This document shows, one piece after another, positions 46,090-56,482 of a stretch of DNA of 64,000 nucleotides; the first letter of the stretch is position 1; the number at the start of each line of letters is the position of its first letter. Position numbers and translations under genes: made by a program. The stretch is from Bacilli bacterium (GTDB taxonomy: Bacteria > Bacillota_I > Bacilli_A > RF39 > UBA660). The stretch spans positions 2,260 to 66,259 of the forward strand of contig JAFWNS010000006.1 of NCBI GenBank assembly GCA_017510225.1, written 5' to 3'. The notes under the pieces are model-generated. The model had not been told where the DNA came from. It saw only the letters and a list, made by a program, of their open reading frames with translations, and searched no databases.

Positions 46090-46787
46090 TGAAGAATGTT
46101 GATATGGAAAAAGTAATAGAATTTCTAAAGACTCCTAGAGGTAAAGCTTGTTTGTTTTTTGGATTCTATTTAATATTTTTTATAGTATTGATGTTTATGT
46201 TTAGAGTAGATGATTCATCTAGTAAAAACAAATCTAATGTTGATAATAATTTACCTTTTTCATTAAGTAATATAGAAAATGATAATTATCACTTTAAATA
46301 TACTTATAAGATAGATGATAAAGAATATGTTTATGAGGGAGATAAAAATAACGGTGTAGAATTGTTTGAATATAATAAAGAGAAGTACTATAGTAGTGGA
46401 GATGATTTCCTATCTAACAAACAAAATATATGGTCTAAAGTAGATAATCCATATATTATTAAAGAATTTATAGATATTTCTGCAATCAAAAGTATTGTTG
46501 AAAAAGCCAGTCTTGTTTCTAAAACTGAATATGAAAGTGGTATGATAGTGTATAGTTATAAGATTGCGACTACTACACTGATTAAATTAATTGAGAAAAA
46601 GAAAATAGATTTAGATGATCCAGTTAATGAAATAACATTTAAAACAGACGAAGATAATGAAGTTAATGATATAAAATATGATTTAAGTAGTTATTGTAAA
46701 TATAAAAAAATAGCTAATAAATCTTGTAGTATAGAATTGGAGTATTCTAACTTTGGTAAAATAAAGGAAATAAAACAACCAGAATAA
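46089..46787 (+). CDS. hypothetical membrane-anchored protein (in the position where rsmB often sits)
   Basis: Start overlaps the fmt stop (TAATGA). One TM helix. No methyltransferase motifs. Confidence 0.45.
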   Translation: MKNVDMEKVIEFLKTPRGKACLFFGFYLIFFIVLMFMFRVDDSSSKNKSNVDNNLPFSLSNIENDNYHFKYTYKIDDKEYVYEGDKNNGVELFEYNKEKYYSSGDDFLSNKQNIWSKVDNPYIIKEFIDISAIKSIVEKASLVSKTEYESGMIVYSYKIATTTLIKLIEKKKIDLDDPVNEITFKTDEDNEVNDIKYDLSSYCKYKKIANKSCSIELEYSNFGKIKEIKQPE

Positions 46788-46808
46788 GAAGATATCTTCT
46801 TTTTCTTT
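46786..46808 (+). terminator. rho-independent terminator
   Basis: agaagat / atcttct palindrome followed by T5. Confidence 0.45.
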
Positions 46809-46845
46809 TTGTCTAAATATTGTATAATATTCTTGGAGTGGTAGT

Positions 46846-47865
46846 ATGAATATTTATGGATTAACATATGATGAATTAGAAAATATATTTGTAGATATGG
46901 GTTCTAAGAAATTTCATGGAAACCAACTTTTTTCATGGTTATATGAAAAAAGAATTAATTCTTATGATGAGGCTACTAATATTAAGAAAGAATTAAGAAG
47001 TGAAATAGAATCTAAATATAGTATTGATAAGTTAAAGATTGTTAATATAGAAAAAGATGTAGATGTTATTAAATATTTATTTGAACTTAATGATAAAGAA
47101 CATATAGAAGCTGTTTTAATGAGACATGATTATGGAAATAGTGTATGTGTTTCTAGTCAAGTTGGTTGTAATATGGGATGTAAGTTTTGTGAGTCTGGTA
47201 GAAGAAAAAAAGTTAGGAACTTAGAGACTTATGAAATGGTACTTCAAATATTACAAATAGAAGAAGATTTAGGTGAGCGAATTAGTCATGTAGTAATTAT
47301 GGGTATTGGTGAACCTTTTGATAATTATGATAATGTTATTAAGTTTATTAAGATAATTAATCATCCTAAGGGACTTGCTATTGGGGCTAGACATATTACA
47401 GTATCTACTTGTGGTATAGTTCCTAAGATAGAAGAGTTTTCTAATTTAGAATTACAAGTTAATCTAGCTATTAGTCTTCATGCACCTAATAATACTCTTA
47501 GAAATAAGTTAATGCCTATTAATAAAGTTTATCCTTTAGAAGTATTAATTCCTAGTTTGAAAGAGTATATAAAAAAGACTAATAGGAGACTTACTTTTGA
47601 GTATATTTTATTAGAAGGAATTAATGATGGTATTGATAATGCATTAGAACTTTCTAAGCTAGTTAAGGGTATGAATTGTTATATTAATTTAATACCTTAT
47701 AATGAAACAAATAATATAGAATTTAAACGTAGTAAAACAGTGCAAATTATGAGATTTTATGATATACTAAAAAAGAATAGGATAAATGTTACAATAAGAC
47801 GTGAATTTGGTAGTAATATTAGTGCTGCCTGTGGACAACTTAGAAGTAAGAAGGAGGATTTATGA
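46846..47865 (+). CDS. rlmN: 23S rRNA/tRNA m2A methyltransferase RlmN (radical SAM)
   Basis: CNMGCKFC radical SAM motif. C-terminal CGQL Cys motif. Confidence 0.9.
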   Translation: MNIYGLTYDELENIFVDMGSKKFHGNQLFSWLYEKRINSYDEATNIKKELRSEIESKYSIDKLKIVNIEKDVDVIKYLFELNDKEHIEAVLMRHDYGNSVCVSSQVGCNMGCKFCESGRRKKVRNLETYEMVLQILQIEEDLGERISHVVIMGIGEPFDNYDNVIKFIKIINHPKGLAIGARHITVSTCGIVPKIEEFSNLELQVNLAISLHAPNNTLRNKLMPINKVYPLEVLIPSLKEYIKKTNRRLTFEYILLEGINDGIDNALELSKLVKGMNCYINLIPYNETNNIEFKRSKTVQIMRFYDILKKNRINVTIRREFGSNISAACGQLRSKKEDL

Positions 47866-48608
47866 AATCTTTTTATTTAACGGATGCTGGTAAAGTTAGA
47901 GATCATAACGAAGACAGTGTCATTATATTAAAAAACAGTAATAATGATTATTTAATGGCTATTGCTGATGGTATGGGAGGACATTCTGCTGGAGAAGTTG
48001 CTTCATCTATAGCTATTAGTTATTTAGGTAATCACTTTAAAGAATCATTTTTAAATATGAGTAAGGTTGATGCAGTTAATTGGATTAGAGATGCAGTTAA
48101 TGAAATTAATACTTTAATATTCCAACATGAAAAGACTCATCCTGAGAGTAAGGGTATGGGGACTACACTTGTTATGGCTATACTTACTAAAGATTATTTA
48201 TTATTTGGTAATGTAGGTGATTCAAGTGGATTTGTTATGAAGGAGGATAAACTTCATAAAGTTACATATGACCATACATTAGTTAATTTATTAGTTAGTG
48301 CAGGTGAACTTACTAAAGAAGAAGCTAGTACTCATCCTAGAAAGAATGTATTAATGAAAGCTTTAGGAGCTTCTCTTGATGTAGATGTTGATGTATTTGA
48401 TTGTGATATGGATATTACAGAAATATTACTATCTAGTGATGGTCTTACTAATATGGTTGATAAAGATCAGATAGAAAAAGTCCTTTTAGGTAAAGGAGAT
48501 ATAGAAGATAAAGTTATTAAGCTTATTCAAAAAGCTAATAATAGGGGTGGAACAGATAATATTTCGGTTGCTTACTTAGTACGTGAAGAAGAAGGTGACA
48601 AGAAATGA
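47862..48608 (+). CDS. stp: PP2C-family Ser/Thr phosphatase
   Basis: DGMGGH and GTDNIS motifs. Overlaps the rlmN stop and the prkC start. Confidence 0.88.
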   Translation: MKSFYLTDAGKVRDHNEDSVIILKNSNNDYLMAIADGMGGHSAGEVASSIAISYLGNHFKESFLNMSKVDAVNWIRDAVNEINTLIFQHEKTHPESKGMGTTLVMAILTKDYLLFGNVGDSSGFVMKEDKLHKVTYDHTLVNLLVSAGELTKEEASTHPRKNVLMKALGASLDVDVDVFDCDMDITEILLSSDGLTNMVDKDQIEKVLLGKGDIEDKVIKLIQKANNRGGTDNISVAYLVREEEGDKK

Positions 48609-50350
48609 TAGCAAAGGGGCAAAAGATCAATGATCGTTATGAAATCATAAGATCTATTGGTGAAGGTGGTATGGCAAATGTTTACCTTGGTTATGATACT
48701 ATTCTAGACCGTAATGTTGCTATAAAAATATTAAGAGGAGATTTATCTAACGATGAAAAGTTTGTTAGACGTTTTCAACGTGAAGCTTTATCAGCATCTT
48801 CTTTAGCTCATCCTAATATTGTTGAAATGTATGATGTAGGAGAAGATGATAATGTTTATTACATAGTAATGGAATATGTAGAAGGTAAAACATTAAAACA
48901 ATTATTAAAGAAACGTGGAAGTCTTACTTTATCAGAAGCTATAGATATAATGTTACAGCTTACTGATGGTATGGCTCATGCCCATGATTCATATATAATA
49001 CACAGAGATTTAAAACCTCAAAATATTATGATTAAAGATGATGGACAAATTAAAATAACTGATTTTGGTATTGCGATGGCATTGAATGCTACACAACTTA
49101 CTCAAACTAATTCAGTTATGGGATCAGTTCACTATTTACCACCAGAACAAGCTAGTGGTAAAGGATCTACTATTAAGAGTGATATATATTCAATGGGTAT
49201 AATATTCTATGAATTATTAAGTGGGAGTCTACCTTTTAAAGGAGATAATCCAGTAGAGATAGCTTTAAAACATATGAGAGATCCTCTTCCAAGTTTAAGA
49301 GAAAATAATTCATCTATACCTCAAAGTATAGAAAATATTATATTAAAATCAACAGCTAAGAATCCAAAAAATAGATATGATGATGCTAGAAGTATGTATA
49401 ATGATTTATTAACTGCTTTAGATGATGATCGTATGGATGAAGCTCCTCATAAATATAAATATCCTGAGACTGATAATGAAGGTACTAAAAATCTTAAAAA
49501 ATTAGAAGATTTAGAAGAGAAAGCAGCTGAAGAGGGCGAAGAAGAAGTTGCTAAAAAGATAGACGATAAAGATGAAAAGAAGAGAAAGAAAACTATTATA
49601 ATTTTATCTTCCATCTTTGGAGGTTTAGCAGCAATTCTTGTAACAGCATTCTTTATAGTGCCAGCTGTATCTAATAAAGGAGCAGTTACTGTACCAAATT
49701 GTAAGAACTTAAAAGTAGGAGTATGTGAAAGAAAACTTCAAAAGAAAGGTTTTGAAGTTAATACTAAGATAAAATCTGTATATTCTTCTAAGGTAAAGAA
49801 GGGTAGAGTTGTTAAGACAGATCCAGGTAGTGGTCGTAGTGTTAAAAAAGGAACTAAAATTACTATATATAAATCTAAAGGAAAAGAAACTTTTGAAATA
49901 GATGATTATGTAGGTAAGAATTATATAGAAGTAGAAACTTTATTAAAAGAAAAAGGATTAGTAGTTAATATTGAAAAGAAGGAACCTACTGATACTAGTA
50001 AAGATTATGGAGAACAAGAAATAATTGGACAAAGTTTAGCTAAAGGTTCTAAAGTTAAAAAAGGAGATTCAATTACTTTATATATTGCTGATATACAAGA
50101 TACATTCCCAGATATGAATGCTAAGGGATGGAGTATAGACGATGTAGAAGCTTTCTGTAGTAAGTATGGACTTAGTTTAAGTACAAGTTATCAAGAAACT
50201 AATGCTTATGAACCTGGTAAGATAATTAGTCAGTCTAGAGCTGCTGGTAGTCCAATAGTAAAAGGATCTAAATTGTCAGTAGTAGTAGCGAAGAAGCCGG
50301 CTTCTAAGCCTAAAACACCAACGCCATCACCAGAAGAAGACGATGAATAA
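48605..50350 (+). CDS. prkC: Ser/Thr protein kinase PrkC with a TM segment and three PASTA domains
   Basis: Kinase motifs (VAIK, HRDLKPQN, DFG, PPE). TM helix. PASTA repeats. Pro/Thr-rich C-terminal end. Confidence 0.9.
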   Translation: MIAKGQKINDRYEIIRSIGEGGMANVYLGYDTILDRNVAIKILRGDLSNDEKFVRRFQREALSASSLAHPNIVEMYDVGEDDNVYYIVMEYVEGKTLKQLLKKRGSLTLSEAIDIMLQLTDGMAHAHDSYIIHRDLKPQNIMIKDDGQIKITDFGIAMALNATQLTQTNSVMGSVHYLPPEQASGKGSTIKSDIYSMGIIFYELLSGSLPFKGDNPVEIALKHMRDPLPSLRENNSSIPQSIENIILKSTAKNPKNRYDDARSMYNDLLTALDDDRMDEAPHKYKYPETDNEGTKNLKKLEDLEEKAAEEGEEEVAKKIDDKDEKKRKKTIIILSSIFGGLAAILVTAFFIVPAVSNKGAVTVPNCKNLKVGVCERKLQKKGFEVNTKIKSVYSSKVKKGRVVKTDPGSGRSVKKGTKITIYKSKGKETFEIDDYVGKNYIEVETLLKEKGLVVNIEKKEPTDTSKDYGEQEIIGQSLAKGSKVKKGDSITLYIADIQDTFPDMNAKGWSIDDVEAFCSKYGLSLSTSYQETNAYEPGKIISQSRAAGSPIVKGSKLSVVVAKKPASKPKTPTPSPEEDDE

Positions 50351-50369
50351 TAATCATTAGGGGGACTAT

Positions 50370-51203
50370 ATGCAAGGTCAAATAATAAAAATAAATAGTG
50401 ATTTACATTATGTTAGTTATGAAGGTAATGTTTATCCTTGTAAATGTAGAGGTATATTTAGAAAAGATAAAATAATACCACTAGTAGGTGATTATGTAGT
50501 CTTTGATAAAGATAAAAAAGTTATTGAAGAAATTCTTCCTAGAAGGAATGAATTTAATAGACCAAAAGTTAGTAATATAGATAGGGCTTTTCTAATTACT
50601 AGTTTAGTCCATCCGAATTTCTCATTAAATTTATTAGATAAGTTAATAGTGTTAATGGAACTTTCTAATGTAGAACCAATAATATGTATAACTAAAGAAG
50701 ATTTAATGAATAAAGAAGAACTTAATGATATTTATAAACAATTAGATTATTATAAGAATATAGGATATAAAGTTGTTTCTAATACTGATTTAGAAACTAT
50801 AGAAAAATTAATTTCTAATAAGACAAGTGTTTTTACTGGACAAACAGGTGCTGGTAAAAGTACCTTATTAAATAAATTAAATCCTGATTGGAATTTAGAA
50901 ACAGGTGAAGTATCACTTGCCTTAGGTAGAGGAAGACATACTACTAGAGTAGTAGAAATGTTTGAATTATATGGTGGTAAGATTATGGATACACCAGGTT
51001 TTTCAGCTCTTGATTTTAGTGGTTTTAGTGATCAAGAGATAAGAGATGCTTTTATTGAATTTAAGAAATATCCTTGTCCTTTTAAAGACTGTATGCATAC
51101 TAATGAGAAAGAATGTGAAGTAAAAAGGGCAGTAAATGATAATAATATATTAGAGAGTAGGTATTATAATTATCTAAACTTTATTAAAAGGGATGTGAAA
51201 TAA
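50370..51203 (+). CDS. rsgA: ribosome small-subunit-dependent GTPase A
   Basis: Circularly permuted GTPase (GQTGAGKSTL). C-terminal zinc motif C..F..C.H...E.C. Confidence 0.88.
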   Translation: MQGQIIKINSDLHYVSYEGNVYPCKCRGIFRKDKIIPLVGDYVVFDKDKKVIEEILPRRNEFNRPKVSNIDRAFLITSLVHPNFSLNLLDKLIVLMELSNVEPIICITKEDLMNKEELNDIYKQLDYYKNIGYKVVSNTDLETIEKLISNKTSVFTGQTGAGKSTLLNKLNPDWNLETGEVSLALGRGRHTTRVVEMFELYGGKIMDTPGFSALDFSGFSDQEIRDAFIEFKKYPCPFKDCMHTNEKECEVKRAVNDNNILESRYYNYLNFIKRDVK

Positions 51204-51829
51204 TGTTAGTAAGTGCGTCATTTTTGAGTAGTGATTTTCCGCCTAATGATTTAAAAAAGTTAAATGAAACAGATGTGGATTATATACATGTAGATATAAT
51301 GGATGGTAAGTTTGTAAGTAATAAGACTATGCCATTTAGAGAAATGAAGAATATATATAAATTTACTGATAAAAGATTAGATGTTCATTTGATGGTTGAT
51401 AAACCTGAGAAGTATATTCCTTTATATGCTGAACTTAATACAGAATATATTACTTTTCATATAGAAGCAACTGATGAAGTTATAGAAAATTTAGAGTTAA
51501 TTAAAAGTTATGGTATTAAATGTGGTTTAGCTATTAAACCTAATACACCAGTTAAAGATTTAGTGCCATATTTACCACTATTAGATTTGGTATTAGTAAT
51601 GAGTGTTGAACCTGGTATGGGAGGTCAAGATTTTATTGATGATACAACTAAAAAATTAGAAGAACTTAGAGTTTTACTTAAAGAATATGATTCTAAAGTT
51701 GTAGTTAATGTAGATGGTGGTATAAGTGATAAAACTAAAGATAAAGTTAAACTATCTGATATAGTAACTGCTGGTAGTTATATAATTAAATCAGATGATT
51801 TTCAAGAAAAAATAGATAGTCTAAGATAA
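51203..51829 (+). CDS. rpe: ribulose-phosphate 3-epimerase
   Basis: SVEPGMGGQDF and VDGGI motifs. Confidence 0.88.
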   Translation: MLVSASFLSSDFPPNDLKKLNETDVDYIHVDIMDGKFVSNKTMPFREMKNIYKFTDKRLDVHLMVDKPEKYIPLYAELNTEYITFHIEATDEVIENLELIKSYGIKCGLAIKPNTPVKDLVPYLPLLDLVLVMSVEPGMGGQDFIDDTTKKLEELRVLLKEYDSKVVVNVDGGISDKTKDKVKLSDIVTAGSYIIKSDDFQEKIDSLR

Positions 51830-51844
51830 AAGGGAGTGATTATT

Positions 51845-52696
51845 GTGAATAATGATACTAGTAAACAAAATAGTGTTAATAATGCAGAACAATTAAAACC
51901 TACTAATACAACTAGTACTACTGCTGCGCAACCAACACAAGTACAACCTACTGTTTCACCAACAGCTAATGCAACTGCACAAGCAGCACCGGCACAACCA
52001 GTAACACAAACACCTACTGCACAGGCACCACAACCTGCACAACCAACTACGCAATCTGTTCAAAATAATCAGGCTCCAACACAACCAGCAAAACCATTAA
52101 CAAAAAAAGAGGCTAAAAGACTGGCTAAAGAAAAAGCGAAGCAAGAAAAAAGAGCTAAAAGTAATTTTAGATATATTATGACAATTATATTGTTTGTTTT
52201 ATTATTTGCTTTTGTATTTTATTTACCAGAAATAAGTCATTATATAAATGAAAAACAATATTTAAAAGGTGACGAAGAAGTTATTACTACTGGTAATTTA
52301 GAATGTACAAAAAAAGATAATGATAAAGATTATGATTATGAATATAGTAATACATTTTCGTTTACTAATAGTAAGTTAACTAGATTATATTTTAAAACTT
52401 CTACATCTGGTAGTTTATCTAAGGATTTAGATCATTTAGAAAAAATCAAAGATAAGTGTGATAATTTAAAAATACAGGTTAAAAAATTAGATGGGGTAGC
52501 TGTTAAATGTGATTTAGATGATAAGACTGTTACAGTAGAGCAAGAATTAAACTATGTAGATATAGATGTTGATAAGGTAACAAATGCTTATGTAGAAGCA
52601 GGTGGGGTTTATCCTAACTATAAATATAATGATAATATAAATAAAGTAGAAAAGGATATGAAAGCTGCAGGATATACTTGTAAAAGAACACGATAA
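51845..52696 (+). CDS. hypothetical membrane protein with a Pro/Thr/Gln/Ala-rich N-terminal region
   Basis: Low-complexity N-terminal half, one TM helix, C-terminal globular domain. Probable GTG start at 51845. Confidence 0.4.
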   Translation: MNNDTSKQNSVNNAEQLKPTNTTSTTAAQPTQVQPTVSPTANATAQAAPAQPVTQTPTAQAPQPAQPTTQSVQNNQAPTQPAKPLTKKEAKRLAKEKAKQEKRAKSNFRYIMTIILFVLLFAFVFYLPEISHYINEKQYLKGDEEVITTGNLECTKKDNDKDYDYEYSNTFSFTNSKLTRLYFKTSTSGSLSKDLDHLEKIKDKCDNLKIQVKKLDGVAVKCDLDDKTVTVEQELNYVDIDVDKVTNAYVEAGGVYPNYKYNDNINKVEKDMKAAGYTCKRTR

Positions 52697-52797
52697 TTAT
52701 GGTGTAAAACTTTACATACATAAAAAACTAATATACGTAAAACGATTGTAAACTCTTTGTAAATATGATAATCTTATAGTTACGAGGAGTTTTTAAT

Positions 52798-53493
52798 ATG
52801 AAATATTTTATTTATGTTATAAATTGTTTATTATTAATTATAATTCCAGTAGCATTTGTATTTACTCCTATTGCGCCTCAAACAGGTGTTAGTAAAACAA
52901 GTGTAGAGACTAAGATGTTAAAGAGTGTTGTAATTAAATCTAATAAAGATAATAAAAAAGAAGATAAAAAAGTAACTAAAGAAGAGAAGAAAGTAGAAGT
53001 TAAAGAAGAGAAAAAGGAAGAAGTTAAAGAAGTAAAACAACAAGAAGTTCCTAAGAAGAGAGTAGTTACAAATCAACCAGTTAGACAAACACAACCTAAA
53101 GTAGTATCTAAACCAGTACAAAGCAAACCAATTACTAATGTGTTAGAGACAATAAAAGGTAAAATGAGTGGATATGGACCTGATTGTAAGGGTTGTAGTG
53201 GACGTTTAGCTAGTGGTATAAATGCTAAGAATGGAAATATTTATTATAATGATAAAAAGTATGGTAAAATTAGGATAGTTGCAGGTGATAGAAAATATAA
53301 ATTTGGAACTATTGTAAGAATAAAGAATTCTAAAGCAGGTAATAATATAATTGCTATTGTATTAGATAGAGGATCTTCTATCGGTATAGGTAAGAAATTC
53401 TTGTTTGATTTACTTTATGCTTCAGAAAAAGATGCCAAAAAATATGAAGTATCATATAATGTAACATTTGAAATACTAAGATATGGTTATTAA
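52798..53493 (+). CDS. 3D-domain (MltA-like) cell-wall protein, YuiC-like
   Basis: N-terminal TM helix, K/E-rich linker, C-terminal GYGPDCKGCSG...G.IAVD-like 3D domain (IAIVLDRG). Confidence 0.7.
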   Translation: MKYFIYVINCLLLIIIPVAFVFTPIAPQTGVSKTSVETKMLKSVVIKSNKDNKKEDKKVTKEEKKVEVKEEKKEEVKEVKQQEVPKKRVVTNQPVRQTQPKVVSKPVQSKPITNVLETIKGKMSGYGPDCKGCSGRLASGINAKNGNIYYNDKKYGKIRIVAGDRKYKFGTIVRIKNSKAGNNIIAIVLDRGSSIGIGKKFLFDLLYASEKDAKKYEVSYNVTFEILRYGY

Positions 53494-53506
53494 AGTGAGG
53501 TAGTTT

Positions 53507-54187
53507 ATGGGTCTACATTTTCGTAATAAGTATATAAATTATGAACAAAGCGATAATTATAATAATACAAACAAAAGGAATAAGATTGAAAAACCAAATA
53601 CAAAAAAATCAACATTATCAACGCTACTTACATTATTAGGTATTGCAGGTATTGGTGTAGTAGCGATTATAGTTTTATTTGGTATAGAAAAAACTCAAAT
53701 CAAATCATGGCAAAACGGTAAAATAGAAATACTAAATAAAAAAATACAATTACCTTGTAGTGTAAGAGTATTTGAAAAAAAACTAAATACTAATCTTATT
53801 TATGATTCATCTGGTGATGAAGAAAAATCTTTAGATAGAGTTAAGATTTCTACTAGTTCTGGATTACAATTGAATTTTAAAGCGATGGTTGAGTCTGATC
53901 AAGTTGTTGGAATAACTTTAGAGGTTGCTAATAGTAAATATGAAGATGTTTATAATAATTTATCTTCTCGTGAAGCAGCTAATAAAATAAAATTTCCTGG
54001 TGGAGTAACAATCAATACACCTATAAAAAAGATAAGACAGTTATATGATACTAAACCTTTTAATGTTTATTATAAACCGACACCAAATAATTACCATTAT
54101 ATTGGTAATGGAAGTTCTATAAATTTCCAAACTAGAAAAGAAAAAGATGGTGAAAAAATTTATAATATTCAATATTCTGTAAAATAA
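53507..54187 (+). CDS. hypothetical membrane-anchored protein
   Basis: GAGGTAG RBS. One TM helix. Confidence 0.4.
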   Translation: MGLHFRNKYINYEQSDNYNNTNKRNKIEKPNTKKSTLSTLLTLLGIAGIGVVAIIVLFGIEKTQIKSWQNGKIEILNKKIQLPCSVRVFEKKLNTNLIYDSSGDEEKSLDRVKISTSSGLQLNFKAMVESDQVVGITLEVANSKYEDVYNNLSSREAANKIKFPGGVTINTPIKKIRQLYDTKPFNVYYKPTPNNYHYIGNGSSINFQTRKEKDGEKIYNIQYSVK

Positions 54188-54215
54188 AAAGCGATTTATA
54201 TCGTTTTTTTTTATG
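54186..54215 (+). terminator. rho-independent terminator
   Basis: aaagcgat / atcgtttt hairpin (one G-U pair) followed by a T-run. Confidence 0.45.
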
Positions 54216-54245
54216 TTATAATATTTATTGTGGAAAGAGGTATGC

Positions 54246-56393
54246 ATGATGAATGAAATGATTATAAAAAGTATAAGTGAAGATTTAAATATAAGTACTA
54301 AACAAGTAAGTACTGTACTTTCTATGTTAGAAGAGGGTAATACTATACCTTTTATTGCTAGATATAGAAAAGAAGCTACAGGGGCACTTGATGAAGAAGT
54401 AATTAGAAAGATAAATGAAGTGTATGAATATCAAAATAATCTATTAAAAAGAAAAGAAGATGTTATTAGATTAATAGATGAGAAGGGTATGCTTACTGAA
54501 GAATTAAAAACTAATATATTAAAATGTAATAAGTTAGTAGAAGTAGAAGATTTATATAGACCATATAAAGAAAAGAAAAAGACTAAAGCTACAGAAGCAA
54601 TTGCTTTAGGTTTAGAACCACTTGCTAAGATGATTATGGCTTTTCCTACTAATGGTACTATAGAAGATTTATGTAAGAAGTTTATTAATGATAAAGTAAA
54701 GACTGTAGAAGATGCTATTACAAACAGTTCTTATATAATTGCAGAATGGATTAGTGATAATGCTTATTATAGAAAGTATATTAGAAGTTTTATTTATAAG
54801 AATGGTATGTTAGTAACTAAAAAGAAAAAGAATGCAGAAGACGAAAAGAGTATATATGAAATGTATTATGATTATAGTGAAGCTATTAAATATATAAAAC
54901 CTCATCGTATAATGGCAATTAATAGAGCTGAAAAAGAAAAAGTGATAACTGTATCTATGGATTATAATAAAGATGATATTATTTTATTCTTAGAAAAGAA
55001 AATAATTAAGAATGATAAATCATATGTTGTAGATATTATAAAGGATAGTATTAAAGATTCTTTAAAGAGATTAATATTACCTAGTGTTGAAAGAGAAATA
55101 AGAAGTGAATTAAAAGAAAAAGCGGAAGTTGTATCTATAGAGAACTTTTCTACTAATGTAGAACATTTATTACTTACACCACCAATTAAAGAAAAAGTAG
55201 TTTTAGGATATGATCCAGGCTTTAGAACAGGGTGTAAGTTAGCTGTACTTGATAAAACAGGAAAACCTCTAGATATTGCAGTAATCTATCCTACAGAGCC
55301 TCATAATAAGATATCTGAGTCTAAAAAAATAGTATTAGATTTAATAGATAAATATAATATAGATATAATTGCTATAGGTAATGGTACTGCATCTAGAGAA
55401 AGTGAAGCTTTTATTGCTGATACTATAAAAGAAGCTAAAAGGAAAGTAGAATATGTAATAGTAAGTGAAGCAGGAGCTTCTGTATATTCTGCAAGTAAGC
55501 TTGCAATAGATGAGTTTCCTGATTTAACTGTAGAAAAAAGAAGTGCTATAAGTATTGGTAGAAGATTACAAGATTCTTTGTCTGAATTAGTTAAGATAGA
55601 TCCTAAGAGTATCGGAGTAGGTTTATACCAACACGATGTTACTCCTAAGAAACTAGATGAGTCATTAAACTTTGTTGTAACTAAATCAGTTAACTCAGTA
55701 GGAGTAAATATAAATACTGCTAGTAGTTCACTACTTAGTTATGTATCTGGACTTACTAAGAAAGTAATTAATGAAATACTTTCTACTAGGGATAAGATTG
55801 GTAAATTTATAAGTAGAGATGATATTAAGAAGCTAAAAGGTATGACTCCTAAAGTATATGAACAGTCAATTGGTTTTATTAGAATAGTAGATGGATCTAA
55901 TCCTCTAGATAAAACATCTATTCATCCAGAAAGTTATGACGCTACTATTAAGTTACTTACTAGTTTAGGTTTTAGTATAAGTGATATTGGTACTGATAAA
56001 TTAAAGAGTTCATTAAATATAGATATAGAAGAGTATAGTAAAAAATTAAATATAGATAAATATACTCTAAAAGATATAATAGATTCTTTAATGTCTCCTG
56101 AAAGAGATCCTAGAGATGAATTAGATAAACCAATACTTAAAAGTGATATCTTACATATAGAAGATTTACATGTAGGAGACAAACTTCAAGGTACTGTTAG
56201 AAATGTAGTAGACTTTGGTTTATTTATAGATGTTGGATTACATGATGATGGACTTGCTCATATATCAAAACTTTCTAAGAATTATATTAAACATCCAGGA
56301 GATTTATTTAGTGTTGGAGATATAGTAGATTGTTATGTAGAAGATATTGATTTAAAGAAGCAAAAACTTAGTTTAAGCTTAACAAAAGATTAG
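54246..56393 (+). CDS. tex: transcription accessory protein Tex (YqgF, HhH and S1 domains)
   Basis: About 715 aa. Central YqgF/RNase H-like region, helix-hairpin-helix region, C-terminal S1 domain (GTVRNVVDFGLFIDVG). Start at ATG 54246, 5 nt after AAGAGG. Confidence 0.88.
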   Translation: MMNEMIIKSISEDLNISTKQVSTVLSMLEEGNTIPFIARYRKEATGALDEEVIRKINEVYEYQNNLLKRKEDVIRLIDEKGMLTEELKTNILKCNKLVEVEDLYRPYKEKKKTKATEAIALGLEPLAKMIMAFPTNGTIEDLCKKFINDKVKTVEDAITNSSYIIAEWISDNAYYRKYIRSFIYKNGMLVTKKKKNAEDEKSIYEMYYDYSEAIKYIKPHRIMAINRAEKEKVITVSMDYNKDDIILFLEKKIIKNDKSYVVDIIKDSIKDSLKRLILPSVEREIRSELKEKAEVVSIENFSTNVEHLLLTPPIKEKVVLGYDPGFRTGCKLAVLDKTGKPLDIAVIYPTEPHNKISESKKIVLDLIDKYNIDIIAIGNGTASRESEAFIADTIKEAKRKVEYVIVSEAGASVYSASKLAIDEFPDLTVEKRSAISIGRRLQDSLSELVKIDPKSIGVGLYQHDVTPKKLDESLNFVVTKSVNSVGVNINTASSSLLSYVSGLTKKVINEILSTRDKIGKFISRDDIKKLKGMTPKVYEQSIGFIRIVDGSNPLDKTSIHPESYDATIKLLTSLGFSISDIGTDKLKSSLNIDIEEYSKKLNIDKYTLKDIIDSLMSPERDPRDELDKPILKSDILHIEDLHVGDKLQGTVRNVVDFGLFIDVGLHDDGLAHISKLSKNYIKHPGDLFSVGDIVDCYVEDIDLKKQKLSLSLTKD

Positions 56394-56414
56394 AGCTATG
56401 AGCTCTTTTTTTGT
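56391..56414 (+). terminator. rho-independent terminator after tex
   Basis: agagct / agctct hairpin followed by T7. Confidence 0.55.
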
Positions 56415-56423
56415 TTTATGAAA

Positions 56424-56452
56424 TTGACTTTTTTGTGTTTTTATGGTATAAT
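56424..56452 (+). promoter_or_regulatory. sigma-A promoter with an extended -10
   Basis: TTGACT (56424-29), 17 nt, then TGgTATAAT (56444-52). Confidence 0.55.
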
Positions 56453-56482
56453 ACGAGCCGATTTTGAGAGAGGTTGTTTGCA

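Noticed and set aside
52918-53121. 67-aa minus-strand ORF inside the 3D-domain gene
   Set aside because: Antisense of a K/E-rich repeat region. Spurious.
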